A program made the position numbers and the translations under genes. From Nitrospinota bacterium (GTDB lineage: Bacteria; UBA8248), in assembly GCA_046581755.1 (NCBI GenBank), contig JAYGFR010000100.1, forward strand, positions 1-20,873: a stretch of DNA of 20,873 nucleotides. The letters run 5' to 3'. The notes beneath the pieces were generated by a model. That model was not told where the DNA came from. It worked only from the letters and a program-made list of their open reading frames with translations, and made no database searches. Below are positions 17,600 through 20,873 of this stretch, one piece after another. Position 1 is the stretch's first letter. Every line of letters starts with the position of its first letter.

Positions 17600-17763
17600 C
17601 TAGTACATCACGAACGATGTCAGGATCGGTGGATGAGGCAGTTGGCTTAGAAGATGAGCCGGCGGAGCGAGCGAAGCCGGCTCATCCAAAGCGGTGGTCA
17701 TGGTTGGCAAGTGCTCCCCTAAGATGGGCTCTGCCCGACTCTCAAGCAAGAGGAGCGCCAGCC

Positions 17764-19020
17764 ATGACCCATGTGAAGTCTACCATCGAGGAGAGCGTCT
17801 TGGTCGCCATTGATATCGCCAAAGCGCGCAACCACGTTCTTATCGACCCTCCGGGCGGATCACCCCGAAAGCGTTTCAAGATGGCCAACGCAGCAAGAGA
17901 CTTCCGGGATTTTGCGGTTTACCTCAAGGGCTTCGCCCTGCCGGTTCGCGTCGGCTTCGAGGCCACGGGCAACTACCACAGGCCGCTGGCTCACTTTCTC
18001 CTGACCCAGGGCTTCGAGGTGCGGCTAATCTCTTCGGTGGCGCTGGCTAGGACCCGCGAGGCCATGCACAACTCCTGGGACAAGAACGATCCCAAGGACG
18101 CCCAGGTAATTCTCCATCTGCTCAAGGTTGGCCTGACGCAGATCTATCACGACCCGCTCTTTCGCGGCATCAACGACGCCCAGGAGCTCTCCAAGACCTA
18201 CCATCAGGTGTCCCTGGAGAAGACCCGCGTCCAGCACAGGCTTTTGACCCACTATCTGCCCTTCTATTTCCCGGAGGCGCAGACCTACCACCACTCGGCC
18301 CGCTCAGAGTGGCTGTTCCGTCTGCTCCTCGCATTTCCCATCCCGACCAGTATCCCCCGCCTGGGCGAGGAGGCGTTTATCGCCCAGGCGGGGGACGTGG
18401 TGGGCCGCAAGGTCAACAAAGCCCGCATACTGGCGGACTTCTACCGGACGGCCTTGGAATCCATCGGCCTGCCGGTGGCCGAGGACTCTCAAGCCGTAGC
18501 CATGTTCCGCCTCGTCCTGGGGGAATATCTCACCCTCTGCCAGCTGAGAGGCCAGATCGAGCAGACGGCATGCGATTTTTTCAAAGAAGATGCGGACTAC
18601 TTTCGGCTCACCCAGGTGCCCGGCATCGCCCTCACCATACTGGCCGAAGCCGGCGACCTGAGGCGGTTCTCTCACCACAGGCAGTTCCTCAAGTTCTGCG
18701 GGCTCGACCTGTCCACCCGACAGTCCGGGCGGTTCCGGGGGGCGACCAAGCTCTCCAAGTATGGCAACGCCAGGCTGCGCTCGGCGTTCTGGATGGCCGC
18801 CAGCGCCGCGGTCCGGCTGCGCGAGAACAGCTTCCGCGCGAAGTTCGACCGCTATATCCGGCACAACCCCCAAGACCCGGACCTCAAGCGCAAGGCCTAT
18901 TGCGCGGTGGCCGCCAAGGTGGCCCGGGTCGTCCATGGATTGATCAAGAACGGGACCGACTATCGCCCCTACCACGAGGAGGCGATACCAAGTGGAGGAG
19001 TCCGCTCAGGAGGGCCATAG
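17764..19020 (+). CDS. IS110-family DEDD recombinase/transposase (418 aa)
   Basis: VAIDIAK (D), FEATGNYH (E), DKNDPKDA (D,D), Tnp domain GL...QSG, SKYGNARLRSAFW, AVAAKVARVVH. ATG 17764 with AGGAG. Confidence 0.95.
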   Translation: MTHVKSTIEESVLVAIDIAKARNHVLIDPPGGSPRKRFKMANAARDFRDFAVYLKGFALPVRVGFEATGNYHRPLAHFLLTQGFEVRLISSVALARTREAMHNSWDKNDPKDAQVILHLLKVGLTQIYHDPLFRGINDAQELSKTYHQVSLEKTRVQHRLLTHYLPFYFPEAQTYHHSARSEWLFRLLLAFPIPTSIPRLGEEAFIAQAGDVVGRKVNKARILADFYRTALESIGLPVAEDSQAVAMFRLVLGEYLTLCQLRGQIEQTACDFFKEDADYFRLTQVPGIALTILAEAGDLRRFSHHRQFLKFCGLDLSTRQSGRFRGATKLSKYGNARLRSAFWMAASAAVRLRENSFRAKFDRYIRHNPQDPDLKRKAYCAVAAKVARVVHGLIKNGTDYRPYHEEAIPSGGVRSGGP

Positions 19021-19200
19021 AGGCGAATTCGACCTAGTAGACAATGCTCGGACCTTCCACTTGGGCGCGTATTTTGTTTTGAGTACGGTGAAGACCACGG
19101 CCGATACCGATGGATCTTGTGTCACTATGGTCAAGAGCGAAGCCCACAACCGGTGGAAGCCACTTGGACTGGACCACAACAAAAACGCCTCGTTCGAGGC
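18988..19200 (+). ncRNA. Putative bridge RNA / seekRNA of the IS110 element
   Basis: A stem CCAAGTGGAGG-A-GTCCG / CGGACCTTCCACTTGG encloses guides AGGGCCAT and GACAATG, which match the insertion target. A second loop with the same spacing matches the circle junction. The RNA ends are unknown. Confidence 0.75.
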
Positions 19201-19229
19201 AAGGGGGACTTGCTGACCCAAGACCGCCA

Positions 19230-19235
19230 TTGACA
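19230..19235 (+). promoter_or_regulatory. Outward-facing -35 box (TTGACA) at the IS110 right end
   Basis: Perfect TTGACA 13 nt from the end. In the circular form it lies 17 nt from TACATC (17604-17609). Confidence 0.6.
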
Positions 19236-19248
19236 CCGCAGTTAGTAC

Positions 19249-19593
19249 GTTGTCCGAGCGGATATGGCCCGGAACGCCAAGCCGGACGAAGAGTTCTGTC
19301 AGACGGTCCAGAACATCCTCGGACGTGAGCTTTCTGGCCACATCTATCGACAGACACTCCCGCGTGAACTCATCCACCACCACGAGCATCCGAACCGGGC
19401 GTCCATCCCGCGTGCGTTCCACACAGAAGTCATACGCACACACATGATTCCGTCTCTCGGGCCTCCTCCTCACGCATGAACCATCATTCAGCCAGAGCCA
19501 TCCCCGCTTGGGCTGTCTCCGGGGAATCTTGAGGCCCTCTCTTCGCCAGATCCTCTCTACACGCTTGTGGTTCACCCGCCAGCCCTCATGCCT
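19249..19593 (-). pseudogene. IS3-family transposase OrfB, 5' fragment (N-terminally truncated)
   Basis: EGWRVNHKRVERIWRREGLKIPRRQPKRGWLWLNDGSC...NHVCAYDF...VVDEFTRECL...PGHIRSDN. Confidence 0.92.
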
Positions 19594-19676
19594 TCCGCGC
19601 GTCCGAATCTCCGGGCCAGGGCGCATCCCCCCTTCAATCTCCCCCTCCCCGGCTCCGGGCCCGGCTCATGGCCGGC

Positions 19677-20111
19677 TCAGGGAAGGCAGAGCCGATCCAG
19701 CCCGATCACGGCCTCAGCCTCGATCTCGACCAGGAAATCCGGGTCCGCCAGGCGCGAAACGCCCAGGAGCGTGCTCGTCGGGGCGGGATGGGTGAAATAC
19801 TCGAATCGCACATCCTGGCAGCGGAAATACTCGTCCACGTCGGTCGTATACGTCACCGTGCGCACCACGTTCGAAAAATCCGCGCCCACGTGCTCGAGCC
19901 CCGCGCGGATGCACTCGCACACCGCGCGGATCTGGGCGCGCATATCCCCCCTGCCGATCGCCTCCCCCCCCGGCCCGGCCGCCACCTGGCCCGCGATATG
20001 GACCCGCGCATGATCGGACGCCTCGACGACGATGACAGACGAGTAAATCGGATTCCCGCCGATGACGCGGGCGAACATTCCCTCGGGCATGAGATGGTGG
20101 ACCTGGAACAT
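19677..20111 (-). CDS. RidA/YjgF/UK114-family protein
   Basis: YS, IAGQVA, GDMRAQ, VVR, R.EYF...PTSTLLGVSRLADPDFLVEIEAEAV. Strong RBS AAGGAGG. Confidence 0.9.
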   Translation of the reverse strand: MFQVHHLMPEGMFARVIGGNPIYSSVIVVEASDHARVHIAGQVAAGPGGEAIGRGDMRAQIRAVCECIRAGLEHVGADFSNVVRTVTYTTDVDEYFRCQDVRFEYFTHPAPTSTLLGVSRLADPDFLVEIEAEAVIGLDRLCLP

Positions 20112-20324
20112 GGCAGCCTCCTCCTTTTCGGGGACGGGACGGTTCGGGTTATTGGACCATCATGCGCGATGAGCCGCGCCCGGACAAAGGCCCGGCCCCA
20201 TTGGGTACCCGGACTGCCGGGCCCGCTCTTTCGGGAACCCTCTCTTTCAGGAACCCTCGAAATCGCCGATAATCCCTAAACCGGGAAAAATCTAAAAATT
20301 CGCCTGCCGGGCCGGGAGAATCAA

Positions 20325-20390
20325 ATGAGCGAACCGAACAGTCCTGGTATCCGCCCCATCGAGATGGCCCACGTCAACTACCACTCCAAC
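20325..20390 (+). pseudogene. Possible N-terminal stub of a VOC/glyoxalase-like gene
   Basis: GGAGA RBS, then MSEPNSPGIRPIEMAHVNYHSN, which resembles a VOC first strand with a His. The sequence then switches abruptly to AT-richer vsr DNA. Confidence 0.3.
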
Positions 20391-20518
20391 AAAGGCAATG
20401 TCCGGGGCCCCCGGAGCTTTTTTATAATTTTCCCTATACCACTGGCCTCTCGCCCAAACTGCTTTTCTAAGCCGTATCTCGATTTTGGTATCCTTAGAGT
20501 GAATCCTAGACATCGTAT
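20388..20518 (-). pseudogene. vsr: Very-short-patch repair endonuclease (Vsr) fragment
   Basis: MSRIHSKDTKIEIRLRKAVWARGQWYRENYKKAPGAPDIAF follows the Vsr pattern MSRI.SKDT..E..LR..(L/V)...G..YR......PG.PDI.F. The downstream FxxGxFWH motif is missing. Confidence 0.78.
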
Positions 20519-20873
20519 GAGTTAAGCTCGAAAGTGGTGTACGGTCGTAGTTGAAGGGGTGGCGTATCCTGCTGGTTTTTAACGGCCAAGTTGCCAACCA
20601 GCATAGGAGTGGATACGCCATGAGCAAGGATAGGGTTGTTGAATTCAAAACGCCAGTACAGGAAGAAGACCCGCTCACAGAGCTTCTGAGGATGGGTTCA
20701 CAGAAGCTCATCGCAGGGGCGGTGGAAGCGGAATTTGCCGAGTTGCTGAGCCAATACGCGGGCCGTGTGGACGGGCAAGGCCGGCGCGCTGTGGTTCGGA
20801 ACGGGTATTTACCCGAGCGCGAGATACAGACGGGCATTGGCCCGGTGAAGGTGCGAGTGCCCAAGGCGCGGGA
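20519..20873 (+). mobile_element. IS256-family element, left end (runs off the window)
   Basis: GAGTTAAGCTCGAAAGTGGTGTA resembles IS256-family terminal IRs and coincides with the loss of vsr similarity. A transposase starts 101 nt inside. Confidence 0.8.
20620..20873 (+). CDS. IS256-family transposase, N-terminal part (incomplete; not in the ORF track)
   Basis: MSKDRVVEFK...DPLTELLRMGSQKLIAGAVEAE...VVRNGYLPEREIQTGIGPVKVRVPKAR; AGGAG upstream. Confidence 0.92.
   Translation, partial: MSKDRVVEFKTPVQEEDPLTELLRMGSQKLIAGAVEAEFAELLSQYAGRVDGQGRRAVVRNGYLPEREIQTGIGPVKVRVPKAR

Larger units (their letters stand above)
17600..19248 (+). mobile_element. IS110-family insertion sequence (1649 bp) with non-coding ends of 164 and 228 bp
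   Basis: Removing 17600-19248 rejoins the IS3 frame exactly as CGC TCG GAC AAC|GGC CCT GAG TTC (RSDN|GPEF), with no target duplication. There is a 1-nt boundary ambiguity because a C is shared. Confidence 0.93.
17247..19593 (-). mobile_element. IS3-family element remnant (orfB part and right end only), interrupted by an IS110
   Basis: OrfB motifs lie on both sides of the IS110. An IR-like CTGCCCCCGG is at 17251-17260. No orfA or left IR is seen upstream of ~19593. Both boundaries are approximate. Confidence 0.85.

Noticed and set aside
17617..17763. 49-aa N-terminal extension of the IS110 recombinase, and the left end as the guide-RNA locus
   Set aside because: The RBS and DEDD domain position favour ATG 17764. 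No target- or donor-matching guide pair was found by eye in the left end.
19032..19053. ACCTAGTA (8-nt match to the circle junction) and GCTCGGAC (8-nt match to the target flank) as guides
   Set aside because: Both are partly buried in predicted stems and do not fit the left/right guide register that the other four segments share. They may be chance matches and should be rechecked by covariation.
17601..19248. TAGTAC at both IS110 ends as a target-site duplication
   Set aside because: The IS3 frame is restored only when both copies are removed, so they belong to the element.
19006..19626. 206-aa ORF as an intact gene
   Set aside because: It is a chimera: the IS3 OrfB fragment reads through into the antisense IS110 right end.
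20292..20864. 190-aa ORF as an intact gene
   Set aside because: It is a chimera of antisense IS256, the vsr fragment and unrelated downstream sequence.

Overview
Bacterial, GC-rich window with two parts. (1) 109-16190 is a minus-strand flagellar region. A small acidic hypothetical gene, a FliK-like gene and a FlhB-C-terminus-like gene come first. A consensus sigma54 promoter then precedes flgF-flgG-flgA-flgH-flgI-flgJ-flgN-flgK-flgL-csrA-fliW, followed by a TPR/SAM-methyltransferase gene. flgM is absent from its usual slot, and FlgL is very long (956 aa) with nested internal repeats. (2) 16400-20873 is a decayed mobile zone: a BoxC-like repeat, a 5'-truncated trypsin-like protease, an IS3-family remnant, a RidA-family gene, a vsr fragment and the start of an IS256. 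The most notable element is a 1649-bp IS110-family IS (17600-19248) inserted precisely, without target duplication, into the SDN^GPEF catalytic motif of the IS3 transposase. Its 3' end carries a readable bridge/seekRNA-like structure with two identically spaced loops. One loop's guides spell the IS3 D-N-G-P codons (target); the other's match the element's own circle junction (donor). The target loop overlaps the recombinase's last codons and stop codon. All calls are by-eye recognition; no database searches or folding programs were run.
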